DNA of 64,000 nucleotides from an uncultured bacterium (GTDB lineage Bacteria; Calescibacteriota; Calescibacteriia; Calescibacteriales; Calescibacteriaceae): the NCBI GenBank assembly GCA_964601505.1, contig CAZRNR010000004.1, positions 5,553-69,552 of the forward strand, written 5' to 3'. The notes under the pieces were generated by a model, which saw only the letters and a program-made list of their open reading frames with translations, did not search any database and had not been told where the DNA came from. A program made the translations under genes and the position numbers. This document shows positions 46,963-56,901 of this stretch, piece by piece; positions within the stretch are counted from its first letter, which is position 1; every line of letters starts with the position of its first letter.

Positions 46963-48402
46963 TTATCTTATGATCGGTGGGACATAAAAATCCGGGGCCT
47001 TTTGGACAACAAAAAGAAAAAGCCAGAATAGGGATATCAATACCTGAACCGTAGCGATTACAGAAGAATAACGCAACCAATATCCAATAGTTATTTTCTT
47101 TCCCTGTTTCTCAATCATACCGAGGGCTATTATGTTTGCAGTTGAACCTATAGGAGTAAAGTTTCCAGCCATTGTACCAGAAAAAAGAAGCGCCCAGAAA
47201 AAAGAAAAAATATTCCAGCCATGTGTCTCATATATTGAAAATACAACAGGAATCAAAACAGCTATAGCAAGAACGTTATCAAGAAATGCAGTAAGAACAC
47301 CCTGAAACAAAAATATAGAGAAAAGAGTACCAAACTCAGAACTTCCCAGAATTTTACCAATAAGTGATCCAAAAGAAATAATATATTCTCCCATCTTATA
47401 TCCTGCACCGGTATACTTTAATGCCCCAACAGCAGAAAAAAGAAGTGTAAAGAAAATTAAAGTAATCCAATCAACTCTATGCAACATAATCTCCCTTGCT
47501 CTCTTTCTCTCAAGAAGTAGCCCAACAGATGACCAAAATAAAGGTGTAGCTATAAGCATAGCGTTTTTCATTGCCCCCTCCTCCTTGGAAAATAAATTTT
47601 CCAAAAGATGTTCTATAGGGTGATGCAGAATAAGCATTAAAATTGTTCCACCAAAAATAACCCAATTGATAAACTGCATCTTCTTAACTTTATCAGGAAT
47701 ATCAAACTTCAGAGGGCTAAATTTTAGCTTCTGATCCATTTCTTTCAGATAGTTTTTCCATAATAGAACGCAAAGGAAAACCGTAACCAAAAGTATAATC
47801 AAAGCATTAGGAGCGGACCAGACAAGAAAGTCCCCAAATGTGAACCCTCCCCTTAACGCAACTATAATACCTATGGGGTTTCCGACAACAGTAGCGCTGC
47901 TACCAACATTTGTTGCAAATATTGATGAAAGAATAAGTGGAATAGGATCAATATGAAGAGCCTTTGAAATGTTCATTATAAACAAAGTTATGAATATGAT
48001 TGATGTTACTTCATCAACAAGTGCAGCCATGACTGCTGAAACCAGAAGAATAAAAACAAAAAGGATGAAACCCGATCTTATTTTCTGACCTATTATATCA
48101 AGTATATAGTCAAAAAAATGTCTTTCTTCAAGAACACCTATAACAGCCATCATACCAACGAGAAATATTATGACATCTAATTGAGCAAAGAGTATGAAAT
48201 TTTGTGCATCAAGGAGACCGAGAGTGAAAAGTATTGAGACTCCCATAAGTGCAAATGCAAACCTGAATTCCCAATATAGCAAGGTTGATGAAATAAACAA
48301 CGCTAATATTCCAACAGCAGCCACCTGACTTCCTTCAAATCCCCCGTAAGCTGCCAATATAGATACAAATATCGGAATTAAAATAATAAGGAATTTCTTC
48401 AT
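46963..48402 (-). CDS. ArsB/NhaD/CitMHS-superfamily permease
   Basis: 479 aa with about 12 predicted TM segments. NVGSSATVVGNPIG and GNFTPIGSTANI hairpin-like repeats are typical of the ion transporter superfamily. Confidence 0.6.
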   Translation of the reverse strand: MKKFLIILIPIFVSILAAYGGFEGSQVAAVGILALFISSTLLYWEFRFAFALMGVSILFTLGLLDAQNFILFAQLDVIIFLVGMMAVIGVLEERHFFDYILDIIGQKIRSGFILFVFILLVSAVMAALVDEVTSIIFITLFIMNISKALHIDPIPLILSSIFATNVGSSATVVGNPIGIIVALRGGFTFGDFLVWSAPNALIILLVTVFLCVLLWKNYLKEMDQKLKFSPLKFDIPDKVKKMQFINWVIFGGTILMLILHHPIEHLLENLFSKEEGAMKNAMLIATPLFWSSVGLLLERKRAREIMLHRVDWITLIFFTLLFSAVGALKYTGAGYKMGEYIISFGSLIGKILGSSEFGTLFSIFLFQGVLTAFLDNVLAIAVLIPVVFSIYETHGWNIFSFFWALLFSGTMAGNFTPIGSTANIIALGMIEKQGKKITIGYWLRYSSVIATVQVLISLFWLFLFVVQKAPDFYVPPIIR

Positions 48403-48539
48403 AGAACTATCTCCATCCTTTTATTCCCTTTCTTTGTTTCGCTTAACTTTATTGACTCCTCAATTTCAACTAGATTTTTTCAAGAATTTCCAAATCTAAA
48501 TTTGAGGATACTTCTTTTTTTGTTTTTGGAACTGTTTTT

Positions 48540-48808
48540 TTAGCTTTTTAAAGCCTTTTTTGAATCAAAATATATACGGAAGTATAAAAGAATAATAAAA
48601 AATAATATGGTCGTTTTGTGTTGAAAATCTCTACTCTCTTTATTTTTCAAAGAAAATCGATATGGAAAAGTTTGTGGAATACTTGTTGAAAGATATGTTA
48701 AAAAAATTGTTGAAAAGTTTTGTGGAAAAGTTGCTTATCTTTTTCACAGGTTTTTCCACAGAAATTCACAGTTTTTTCACAAGTTTTCCACAAGTTTTCC
48801 ACAAGGGG
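48540..48808. other. oriC: chromosomal replication origin (oriC): AT-rich tract plus DnaA-box cluster
   Basis: Eight DnaA-box-like 9-mers lie between 48673 and 48803, next to an AT-rich tract and immediately 3' of dnaA. The strand composition switches near here. Confidence 0.75.
48740..48803 (+). repeat. six head-to-tail DnaA boxes at ~11-bp phasing
   Basis: TTTTTCACA 48740, TTTTCCACA 48752, AAATTCACA 48762, TTTTTCACA 48773, TTTTCCACA 48784, TTTTCCACA 48795. Inverted boxes are TGTGGAATA 48673 and TGTGGAAAA 48721. Confidence 0.8.
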
Positions 48809-49861
48809 TTAGGAGCCATTTCCTGTTGCTTCCCCTAAAATCGCCTCCCTTATGGAGTTGAGTATGGACTGTATTTGCGAGTCTCTTTCTTTGTCTGCTT
48901 TTACTTTCTCTATGGCGTATATTATCGTTGAATGATCTCTGTTTCCGAAAATTTGTCCTATTTGTGTAGTAGATAGGTTGAGCATGTCCCTGCATAGGTA
49001 TATTGCCATGTGTCGTGCGAGGGAAATGTTCTTTTTCCTTCTTGGGCTCTGTAAGTCTTTTGCGGAAAGATTAAAGAACCTTGATGTGCATTCTATTATC
49101 TTTTTAGCATCCACATTTTTCAAAGGCACGTTTAGGTGCGACAGAGCTCTTTCCGCTATTTCAATGGAAGGCTTTATCTCTTCAATTTCGGAGAACATCA
49201 TAACTGTTTCAAGCGCTCCTTCGAGCCACCTTACATTGCCTGATATCTTTTCAGAGATGTAGTAGAGTACCTCTTCGGGAACATTATATCCCCTTTCAGC
49301 CGCTTTTGCCTTTAATATAGCGACTCTGACTTCAAATGGTGGGGGAGTTATTTCCACTACTCTACCCCATTGGAATCTTGTTATTAGTTTGCTATCAAAG
49401 TTCTTGAGCGCATGAGGTGGTTTATCTGATGTGATTGCTATTCTTTTTTTTGTTATAAGTAGGTAATTTATGGTCTCAAATATTTCTTCTTTTGTTGCAC
49501 TTCTTGTTTCAGGTTCAAGTAGGTTTACATCATCTATTAATAGGACATCACACATATCTCGGTATTTTCTTCTGAATTCAGAGAGTAAGTTTTCTTGGTA
49601 TGCGGTCATAAATTCTCTCATAAACTCATTTGAAGGTATGTATATTACTCTTGTGGTAAGTTGAGATTCAATTACTTCATTTCCTATTGCGTGAAGTAGA
49701 TGAGTTTTTCCCAGTCCACTTGGTGCCCATATGAATAGAAGATTTACTTTTGATGTCCCTTTTGCAAGTTCCATTGCAGCTTCCTTTGCTGCCTTATTGT
49801 TTTTCCCCGTGACGAAATTGGAAAATGTAAATCTTCTATCTATGGGTAATGTTGTCAGCAT
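48809..49861 (-). CDS. dnaA: chromosomal replication initiator DnaA, lacking domains I-II
   Basis: 350 aa. It starts 8 residues before the domain III entry motif (RRFTFSNFVTGKNN). Walker A is APSGLGKTHLL, and domain IV has NRDHSTIIYAIEKV. SD GGAGGG precedes the ATG, and an in-frame TAA lies 8 codons upstream. Confidence 0.9.
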   Translation of the reverse strand: MLTTLPIDRRFTFSNFVTGKNNKAAKEAAMELAKGTSKVNLLFIWAPSGLGKTHLLHAIGNEVIESQLTTRVIYIPSNEFMREFMTAYQENLLSEFRRKYRDMCDVLLIDDVNLLEPETRSATKEEIFETINYLLITKKRIAITSDKPPHALKNFDSKLITRFQWGRVVEITPPPFEVRVAILKAKAAERGYNVPEEVLYYISEKISGNVRWLEGALETVMMFSEIEEIKPSIEIAERALSHLNVPLKNVDAKKIIECTSRFFNLSAKDLQSPRRKKNISLARHMAIYLCRDMLNLSTTQIGQIFGNRDHSTIIYAIEKVKADKERDSQIQSILNSIREAILGEATGNGS

Positions 49862-50016
49862 AACTGTTCCCTCCTGTATATGTTAATTTTAAAAACTTGT
49901 TATCGTCATTTCTACCTTTTTTTGACAGGGTAGAACACATGTATGAATTTATAGTGGCAATTTTTCAAACATATTGATAATTTTCAGAAGTTTTTAACAT
50001 ATTGTTGAAACTTGTT

Positions 50017-50847
50017 TTAGAAGTATTTGATCATATCCCTTATAGTTTCTGTTTCAAGAATAAGAGACATAACTAAATCTGTTACTTTTTGAGAGAAAGG
50101 CATGTCAGAGTGAAAAAGATGTTTGAGGACGATGTTTTTTGTATTTGGAAAATCTGGTAGGATGCAAGATTTTGGTGGTGCCATCCAGTCTCCTTCAGAT
50201 GAGATTGAGATAAAATAACAGGAGGGTGGAAAAGGCTTTTTTCTGAGCTTTTTCATAAACTCTGATCCTTCCCAAAGGTCGTAAGCTGCTTTAAGCTGTC
50301 TTATTATGTTTTTGAAAGGTATAGCAAGTGCGGCGTAGCTCAGTCCATTCACTGGTGAAGCTATAGTTATCACTCTGCTTATAAATGAGCAACCATCCAT
50401 TGCTCGGAGTAGGTAATGTAAAATTACCCCACCCATGGAGAAACCTATTGCAGGTATACGCAAGTTCTTTCTTGTTCCGTTGAAATTGTTTTTGATAAAA
50501 ATTTCAAGAAACATTCTTAACTCTAACGAGAGCTCCTCTACCCCCTTGTCTACTCCAAGTCTTCTGATATGGAATGAAACAGGTGCAAATCCTGCGTTTT
50601 TTAGAGAGTTATCTATTTTTATCATTGATTCTCTCTTCATCATATAACCCTGAATTACTATCACGGGCATCCTGCCTGTTCTGACAAGTGAATAGCTCTC
50701 ATCTGTTATTTTCCAATCCGGGAAAAGGGAATCCGCTATTTTTTCTCTTCTTTCTTTTTCTGTAATCAGGTTTGCAAATTCTTTTATATCTTTTATAAAC
50801 TTTAACATAAATTTCTCCGCATTCTCTTTATATAAATTTAGCACCAA
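50017..50847 (-). CDS. alpha/beta hydrolase (esterase/lipase-like)
   Basis: 276 aa. GxSxG elbow in IPAIGFSMGGVILHY. Confidence 0.55.
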   Translation of the reverse strand: MVLNLYKENAEKFMLKFIKDIKEFANLITEKERREKIADSLFPDWKITDESYSLVRTGRMPVIVIQGYMMKRESMIKIDNSLKNAGFAPVSFHIRRLGVDKGVEELSLELRMFLEIFIKNNFNGTRKNLRIPAIGFSMGGVILHYLLRAMDGCSFISRVITIASPVNGLSYAALAIPFKNIIRQLKAAYDLWEGSEFMKKLRKKPFPPSCYFISISSEGDWMAPPKSCILPDFPNTKNIVLKHLFHSDMPFSQKVTDLVMSLILETETIRDMIKYF

Positions 50848-51136
50848 TTTCTTTATATCGTAATTTTATCTGAAAATTTGATATCATCTTAAAACAGTTA
50901 GCTATGATAAATCTTTTATTTTTTGGAAGATCTACTGGAAATACAAAAATAGAAATATTACTATAGAAAGTATGAGTTAGTATAACATTATATAAGGTCG
51001 GTAATTCGTTCAAAAGTTCTAAAAAGCAACTCACCCCGTTATCTTTAATTATAAAAATCTATCTTTAAGAATTCAAGTTTTCGTTTCAAGATGTTTATTT
51101 TTTGACTCGTTATATTTTTAGTTCTTATCTCTCCGG

Positions 51137-52874
51137 TTAGCTCTTCCACTTTTGCGGGACGCCCAAATTTCTTTTTATTCTTCCGAGATTTGAGATGTAC
51201 CAATTTACAGCCTTTGACTTCCACCAAGATGGTCTTGTGATCTCGAAGTCTTCCCTCACCTCATCTGCAGCGATATATCCTGACGCGAGCCAAGTAGCAC
51301 CGTATGGGTGAATTGAATTCGAAAGGTATAAATTTTTTAGAAAAGTTCTTGAAGCACCTTTGGTGATAATTCCCGGTAAAGGCCTGTTTGTGAAGAATTG
51401 GTCTGGTAATATTGCTCCCCCGTTCCAGTTTCCTTTTATAGCGGACCGATTATTTCTCCAGATGTCAAGTGGGGAATAAACAAATGTTTCGAGTATGTTT
51501 TTCTTTATCCCGGGAGCATAAAGTTCGAAAAGGTCAGTAAGTTTTTGAGCAAGATCATGCTTTATGCTGTCCCATATGGTAAAATCTGGTTTTATCCTTT
51601 CTCACAGGTATCTTGATGGAACAGGTGGAACATCGAGCCAAACAAATGCAGTATGGCAGTTATCCGGGGCCTGTGATGGATCAGCTAAAGTTGGAACAAA
51701 CCAGTTTGCCATAAGGTTTTTTGGTATAGATCCAGATATAAGTTCAGCATTGAAAAATTTCATCTCGTCGGTGTTTTCTCTTCCAAAGTACCCCATGAAA
51801 CATCTTTGAATTCCGGGATCAAAATCAGATCCCTTGAATACTGGAGGCTCTTTTAGGGCGTAGTGCACACTAAATATAACTTGTTCATCATAGCAGAAGT
51901 TCAAGATTTTTGAGAGTATTTCCGGAGGAATTTTTTCTTTGTCTATCAGAGAAAATGTGTATGTCAGGGTAAGGTTGCTTATTATCTTCTTTGCCGTTAT
52001 TATTTCACCTGGGAATATAGAGTTTTCAGAGAGTCTTACCCCCCATGCTCCTTTTCCTCTATCAACAAGAATCTCTTGAACTGGTGAGTTTTGAATTATT
52101 TTGACTCCGTGTGATTTTGCACATCTTATGAGTGCGTGGGTGAGTGAGTGAGAACCTCCTTTCACCTGATGAACTGGGAAAACAGGACCTGCAAGTGCTG
52201 CTATCCCTATGCATCCTGCTGACCCTATTCTTCTGTATTATTGGTGGGAGTGCTCCTATCCAGGAAAATGCTGCAAGAGTAGTTTTAACATGTTCTGAAT
52301 CAAAAAATATGTCAAGAGATTGAAAGCCGTTCATATTCAAGATTTCGCGAGGTTCTATATTTATGTCAAGCTTTTTTGATATATCTCTGAGAAAAGTCAT
52401 AATTTCTTCAAGCCTCTTATGAGATGGAGAAGTAAAAAGGAAAGTATGGACCCATTCGAGAATTTCATTCCATTTTTCTATCAGAACCTCAGACACTTTG
52501 ATGATGAATTCTGCATCTTTCGGTGAGAGTTTCATCCAGTTTTGGATTGTATCCTTTGGGTTCACTCCTATAAGAGCACACTTTCCATCAAGAAAAGCCT
52601 TCCCAAAGACATAGTCCGTCATAAGAATTTCTAGTCCGTACTTTTCAAGCTCAAGGTCCTCCATGGCGGGGGATAGAGCGGTGATCATCCATGTAGCATG
52701 TAGGTTGTGGAGAAATCCGCTAAGAGTAACTTCTTCTGTGTTGCAATGTGCTCCACATTCTGCTCTTGCTTCTATAACAAGAACTTTCAGACCGAGTTTT
52801 CCTAGATAGCAAGCTGCGGCGAGTCCGTTTATACCTCCTCCTACCACTATGGCATCAAAATCGCTTTCGGTCAT
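51137..52874 (-). pseudogene. phytoene-desaturase-family FAD-dependent oxidoreductase, disrupted by one frameshift and one in-frame TGA
   Basis: Three collinear pieces. The first is 52874-~52240 (DAIVVGGGINGLAAACYL FAD fold). The second is ~52250-51605 in another frame (GSAGCIGIAALAGPVFPVHQVKGGSHSLTHAL...). After the TGA at 51602-51604, the third piece is an in-frame continuation, ERIKPDFTIWD...LYLSNSIHPYGATWLASGYIAA..., running to TAA 51137. Confidence 0.65.
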
Positions 52875-53084
52875 ATATAGAAATATACCAACCGTATGGT
52901 AGATTTACAAAATTGTTTTGAATATTTCTTATCTTTCAAACTGTGAAGAGTTCTAAAATAGAAACATTTTTCGTTCAAAAGGATTTTTTCATTAATTAGC
53001 ATTATGAGCATCTTCTCGCCGTTTAGATCAGAATTTTTTGAAAGAATAAATTTTTTGTTTTTGTAAGATTACAAAATTTATGAA

Positions 53085-53546
53085 TTGACAAAATATTTGA
53101 AAAATTTGGAACATTTTTTGTTTAAGTTTTTATTCAATCTTTATCCACCTTATCTTGGTGCAGGAGTTCATATTTCATATATATCTAGGGACTATAGAGA
53201 ATTTCATGTAGAGATGCCATTAAGATTTTACAATAGGAACTATTTCGGGACACACTTTGGAGGATCTCTTTACTCAATGTGCGATCCATTTTTTGCTATC
53301 ATTCTTGTAAAGAACCTCGGAAAGGATTACATAGTTTGGGACAAATCAGCTGTGATAAGATTTAAAAAACCTGGTCGTTCAACCGTAAGAGCAGTTTTCA
53401 GTATATCAGAGGAAGAGTTAAAGGAGATAAAACGTGTGGTTGATCTGAATGGGAAGGCTGAATTCAGCTTTAAATCTTATATTACCGATGATAAAGGAGA
53501 TACTATAGCTGAAGTAGAGAAAATTGTTTATGTGAGAAAGAAATGA
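53085..53546 (+). CDS. DUF4442/YiiD_C-like hotdog-fold (thioesterase-like) protein
   Basis: 153 aa. NRNYFGTHFGGSLYSMCDPFFAIILVKNLGKDYIVWDKSAVIRFKKPG fits the family pattern. TTG start. Confidence 0.6.
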   Translation: MTKYLKNLEHFLFKFLFNLYPPYLGAGVHISYISRDYREFHVEMPLRFYNRNYFGTHFGGSLYSMCDPFFAIILVKNLGKDYIVWDKSAVIRFKKPGRSTVRAVFSISEEELKEIKRVVDLNGKAEFSFKSYITDDKGDTIAEVEKIVYVRKK

Positions 53547-53678
53547 GTTTCTGATTGAGGGAAGACAATCCGCCAGGAAATCTCGGACTCATTTTTATGA
53601 AAACTTTCCATTCTGGGACTTTAGAGTTCGTTTTTTTGAAAAAAATAAGTTATTTGAAATAAATTTGAAATTATCGCT

Positions 53679-54158
53679 ATGATGAGAGTTCTTGTAGGAT
53701 TTGACGGTTCGGAGACGTCTGAAAAGGCGATTCTTTATACCGTGAAATTTATAAAACCTTCTAAACTTTTTATCCTTTATGTTATCAATGAGGATGATAT
53801 AAGATGGCCTTCAAGAATTGATATTCCTCTTATATGGGGCGGAAATATTTATGAGCTTGAGAAAAATATATTAGAGCTACATAAGAAGCATGCCAAGGAA
53901 GTTCTGAGAAAAGCTAAGAAAATACTTAAAGGTAGAAAAGCTAAACTTTTTTATCAAGTCGGTAATCCAGCTGACACGATAATAAAGAAAGCACAGGATT
54001 TATCTTGCGATCTTATAGTTGTTGGAAGTAGGTCAAGATCAAATATTGAGTTCATACTTGGATCAGTTGCACAAAGGGTTGCTGCAAGAAGTCCAATATC
54101 TGTTCTAATTATAAAACCAGATCAAAAATCTACGAAATCAAATAAAAAATCGTCATAG
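53679..54158 (+). CDS. universal stress protein UspA family
   Basis: 159 aa. RVLVGFDGSETSEKA and C-terminal DLIVVGSRSRS ... GSVAQRVAARSPISVLII blocks. Confidence 0.85.
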   Translation: MMRVLVGFDGSETSEKAILYTVKFIKPSKLFILYVINEDDIRWPSRIDIPLIWGGNIYELEKNILELHKKHAKEVLRKAKKILKGRKAKLFYQVGNPADTIIKKAQDLSCDLIVVGSRSRSNIEFILGSVAQRVAARSPISVLIIKPDQKSTKSNKKSS

Positions 54159-54162
54159 TTTG

Positions 54163-54951
54163 TCATTCTGATCCGATTCTTGATATTATTTTCTCAAGTT
54201 CATCTGTTATGTTCATTTTTTCAGTTTTGAACTCAATTTTTACAGGTGTAATAGTTATATATCCTCTGTCAAGTAGGAAAACATCTATTTTTGATGTGTC
54301 TATTACAGAATTCTGGTCTACTTTTACTTCTTTTCCACCTATGAACCAGAATTCTCTCCCTCTTGGATCTTGAAACTTCAAAGCCTTTTCTCCATAAATT
54401 CTTCTGCATAATTCGGCGGTTTTTATCCCCTTGATTTCACTTATGGAATGGAAATACGGGAAGTTTATGTTGAAAACGATTCTATCTTGATTTTCTACTG
54501 ATTTTATTATTGACTTTATTATTTCTGTGGAGACTTTTGATATAAACTTTAGGTTTCCTGTTTTGTTTTCTTTTGAGCGGGCAGATATTGCAAATGCTCT
54601 GGCACCAAGTAGAGAACCTTCTATGGCTCCCCCGAATGTTCCAGAATAGAGTATATCATCACCTGCGTTTTCTCCTATATTTATTCCAGAGACCACAATA
54701 TCTGGTGTATCCCCAATTATACCGTTTATAGCTATATTTACACAGTCAGCAGGTGTTCCATATATTTTGAATACCCTCTCTTCAACTTTTACAACCCTTA
54801 TTGCGTGAGTCAGAGTTATAGAGTGAGACGAACCTGACCTGTCTTCTGCTGTCGAAAAAATCCAAACTTCTCCAAGTTTTTTTAGTTCAGCACTTATAGA
54901 TTGTATACCCGGGGATTCAAGCCCATCATCATTTACTACAAGTATCTTCAT
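54163..54951 (-). CDS. surE: 5'/3'-nucleotidase SurE
   Basis: 262 aa. MKILVVNDDGLESPGI and SGINIGEN blocks. Confidence 0.9.
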   Translation of the reverse strand: MKILVVNDDGLESPGIQSISAELKKLGEVWIFSTAEDRSGSSHSITLTHAIRVVKVEERVFKIYGTPADCVNIAINGIIGDTPDIVVSGINIGENAGDDILYSGTFGGAIEGSLLGARAFAISARSKENKTGNLKFISKVSTEIIKSIIKSVENQDRIVFNINFPYFHSISEIKGIKTAELCRRIYGEKALKFQDPRGREFWFIGGKEVKVDQNSVIDTSKIDVFLLDRGYITITPVKIEFKTEKMNITDELEKIISRIGSE

Positions 54952-54956
54952 TATTC

Positions 54957-55373
54957 TTACATTAGCTCCATTTGGGAGAAGAAGAAGCTTATTTCAAAAT
55001 CTGCTGATTCTTTTGAATCTGATCCGTGTATTGAGTTTTTCTCTATATCAATTCCATAAATTTTTCTTATTGTTCCATTTTCTGCTTTTCCAGGATCTGT
55101 CGCTCCCATTATCTTCCTTACTTTTGATATGGCTTCTTCTCCTTCAAAGACTGCGACAACTATTTTACCTGATGACATATATCTTGTCAGAGATTCAAAA
55201 AATCCTTTACCTTTATGGATGCGGTAGAACTCTTCTGCTTCACTTTTGGATATTTTGAGAGATTTTATAGCGGTTAGTTTCAATCCGGCAGATTCTATCA
55301 TGGATAGTATTCGTGTTGCAAGGTTTCTTTCCGTTGCATCAGGTTTTATTATGACTAGTGTTTTTTCTATCAT
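54957..55373 (-). CDS. ndk: nucleoside-diphosphate kinase
   Basis: 138 aa. EKTLVIIKPDA and NSIHGSDS (catalytic His) blocks. Confidence 0.95.
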   Translation of the reverse strand: MIEKTLVIIKPDATERNLATRILSMIESAGLKLTAIKSLKISKSEAEEFYRIHKGKGFFESLTRYMSSGKIVVAVFEGEEAISKVRKIMGATDPGKAENGTIRKIYGIDIEKNSIHGSDSKESADFEISFFFSQMELM

Positions 55374-55719
55374 AAATCCAAAAAATTATAATTAGCTTTT
55401 GCCTTACTGAAAAATCTGAAATACTTTGTGTGGCATTAATTGTTTGATTATTCTCCAAAATTTAAAGGGGGAAGAAATCTAAGCTTTTCATAGGTGTATC
55501 TTATGGCAATGCTAAACACAAAGCCTTTATGTTTTTCTCGCTCCTGTTACTCTAGATTCAATGCTTTGTGTTTGGATAATTCTCACTTGAATTTATTTTG
55601 CTTTTTGTTCGCTTTATTTTTAACCGAATTTGTTTCAGGATCAAAGATATTAGGGATTTAAAAAAAATTGAATTCCAAGTATAGATACTATTTGATTTTA
55701 TCTATTTATTTCATAACAC

Positions 55720-56895
55720 ATGTTTCATAATTCATCGGATTTAAGACATGTTTTTTATTCAGCTTTTTTGATATTCGTGGCGATTTTGGGGATAGGTTTT
55801 ATAATCCCGTTTCTTCCTGATTTTTCAAAGAGAGTTGGAAGTGAGGCTTCCGTAGGGCTTATATATTCTGGATTTGCTTTCGCGAGGCTCTTTGCGGTTC
55901 CGGCTTCTTCTCTGATTTCAGATAGAATAGGAAGAAAACCTGTAATTTTGTTTGGTCTTGTGTTTTATTCCGTCTCTTCTTTTTTATATGTTCATGCTCA
56001 CGATCTTGTTTCGCTTTTTGCTGTTAGGTTGGTTCATGGTGTAGCATCTTCTATGATAGTTCCTGTGAGTTTTGCTTATGCTCTTGATTATACGAGGGGA
56101 GGAAGAGAAGGTTTTTCTGCAAGTCTTCTTGGTGGCTCTTTGCTTTTGGGATTCGGTCTTGGACCTGTGATAGGGGGTTTTATCGGTGAGAAAATTGGGG
56201 AAGATTACGCTTTCTATTTTATGGGAAGCGCGGGAATTTTTGCTCTTATATACTCTTTTATATTTATTTCAGATAGAAAAGAATCTTTAAAAAGCTCTCA
56301 AGAAACAAGGATAAAGGATATTTTCTCATCTAAGGTTTTTATATTTTCTTTCGTAATATGGTTTTTAATGATGTTCCAAAGAGGAGTAGTTATATCTTAT
56401 TTTCCGCTTTTTCTTGAGAATTTAGGATTTAACAAGACAAGTGTCGGTGCTTTCCTGACAACCTATGCAATTTTGTCGTCTGCTTTGCAATATGCTTCAG
56501 GAAATTTTATAGATAGATTCCAGAATAAGTTTACACCTTCTTTCTTTTTATCAGTTTTATCTTATCTGCTTCTTTTCCCTTTTTATTTTGGAAATGGAAG
56601 TTTTATCATATTTACAGTTATTCTTTCTGGTGTCCTTTCATCTTTGGTATATCCTTTGGTTATGGCTGAACTTGGTGCAGAAGCGAAAAGAAAACGAAAG
56701 GTTGGTGGAACTATAGGCTTTATGGATTGGGCATTTTCAATAGGAAATATCCTCGGTCCAACTTCTATGGGATTTATTTCAAAATACACCGGAGTGAATC
56801 TTATGTTTGTTGTTCTTTCCTTAATCGGAGTTATTTCAGTCTCAATTTTCTATTTCATTTACAGGGCAGTTAGAGAAGAATCCAGAGGAGAATAA
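55720..56895 (+). CDS. MFS transporter
   Basis: 391 aa, about 12 TM. Loop 2-3 motif SDRIGRKPVIL. Confidence 0.8.
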   Translation: MFHNSSDLRHVFYSAFLIFVAILGIGFIIPFLPDFSKRVGSEASVGLIYSGFAFARLFAVPASSLISDRIGRKPVILFGLVFYSVSSFLYVHAHDLVSLFAVRLVHGVASSMIVPVSFAYALDYTRGGREGFSASLLGGSLLLGFGLGPVIGGFIGEKIGEDYAFYFMGSAGIFALIYSFIFISDRKESLKSSQETRIKDIFSSKVFIFSFVIWFLMMFQRGVVISYFPLFLENLGFNKTSVGAFLTTYAILSSALQYASGNFIDRFQNKFTPSFFLSVLSYLLLFPFYFGNGSFIIFTVILSGVLSSLVYPLVMAELGAEAKRKRKVGGTIGFMDWAFSIGNILGPTSMGFISKYTGVNLMFVVLSLIGVISVSIFYFIYRAVREESRGE

Positions 56896-56901
56896 TTATG
56901 C

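Noticed and set aside
51602-51604. In-frame TGA in the oxidoreductase as a possible selenocysteine or recoding site.
   Set aside because: I see no convincing stem-loop immediately 3' of the TGA. The family is not known to use Sec at this position. The same gene also carries a frameshift, so decay is the simpler explanation.
55514-55573. 11-bp inverted repeat AAACACAAAGC ... GCTTTGTGTTT with a 38-nt loop in the ndk / MFS divergent region. Also a similar 10-bp inverted repeat TCTATATCTA ... TAGATATAGA at 15058-15106.
   Set aside because: Inverted repeats of 10-11 bp within about 60 nt are expected about once by chance in 64 kb of AT-rich DNA. No second copy or gene-context pattern supports a function.
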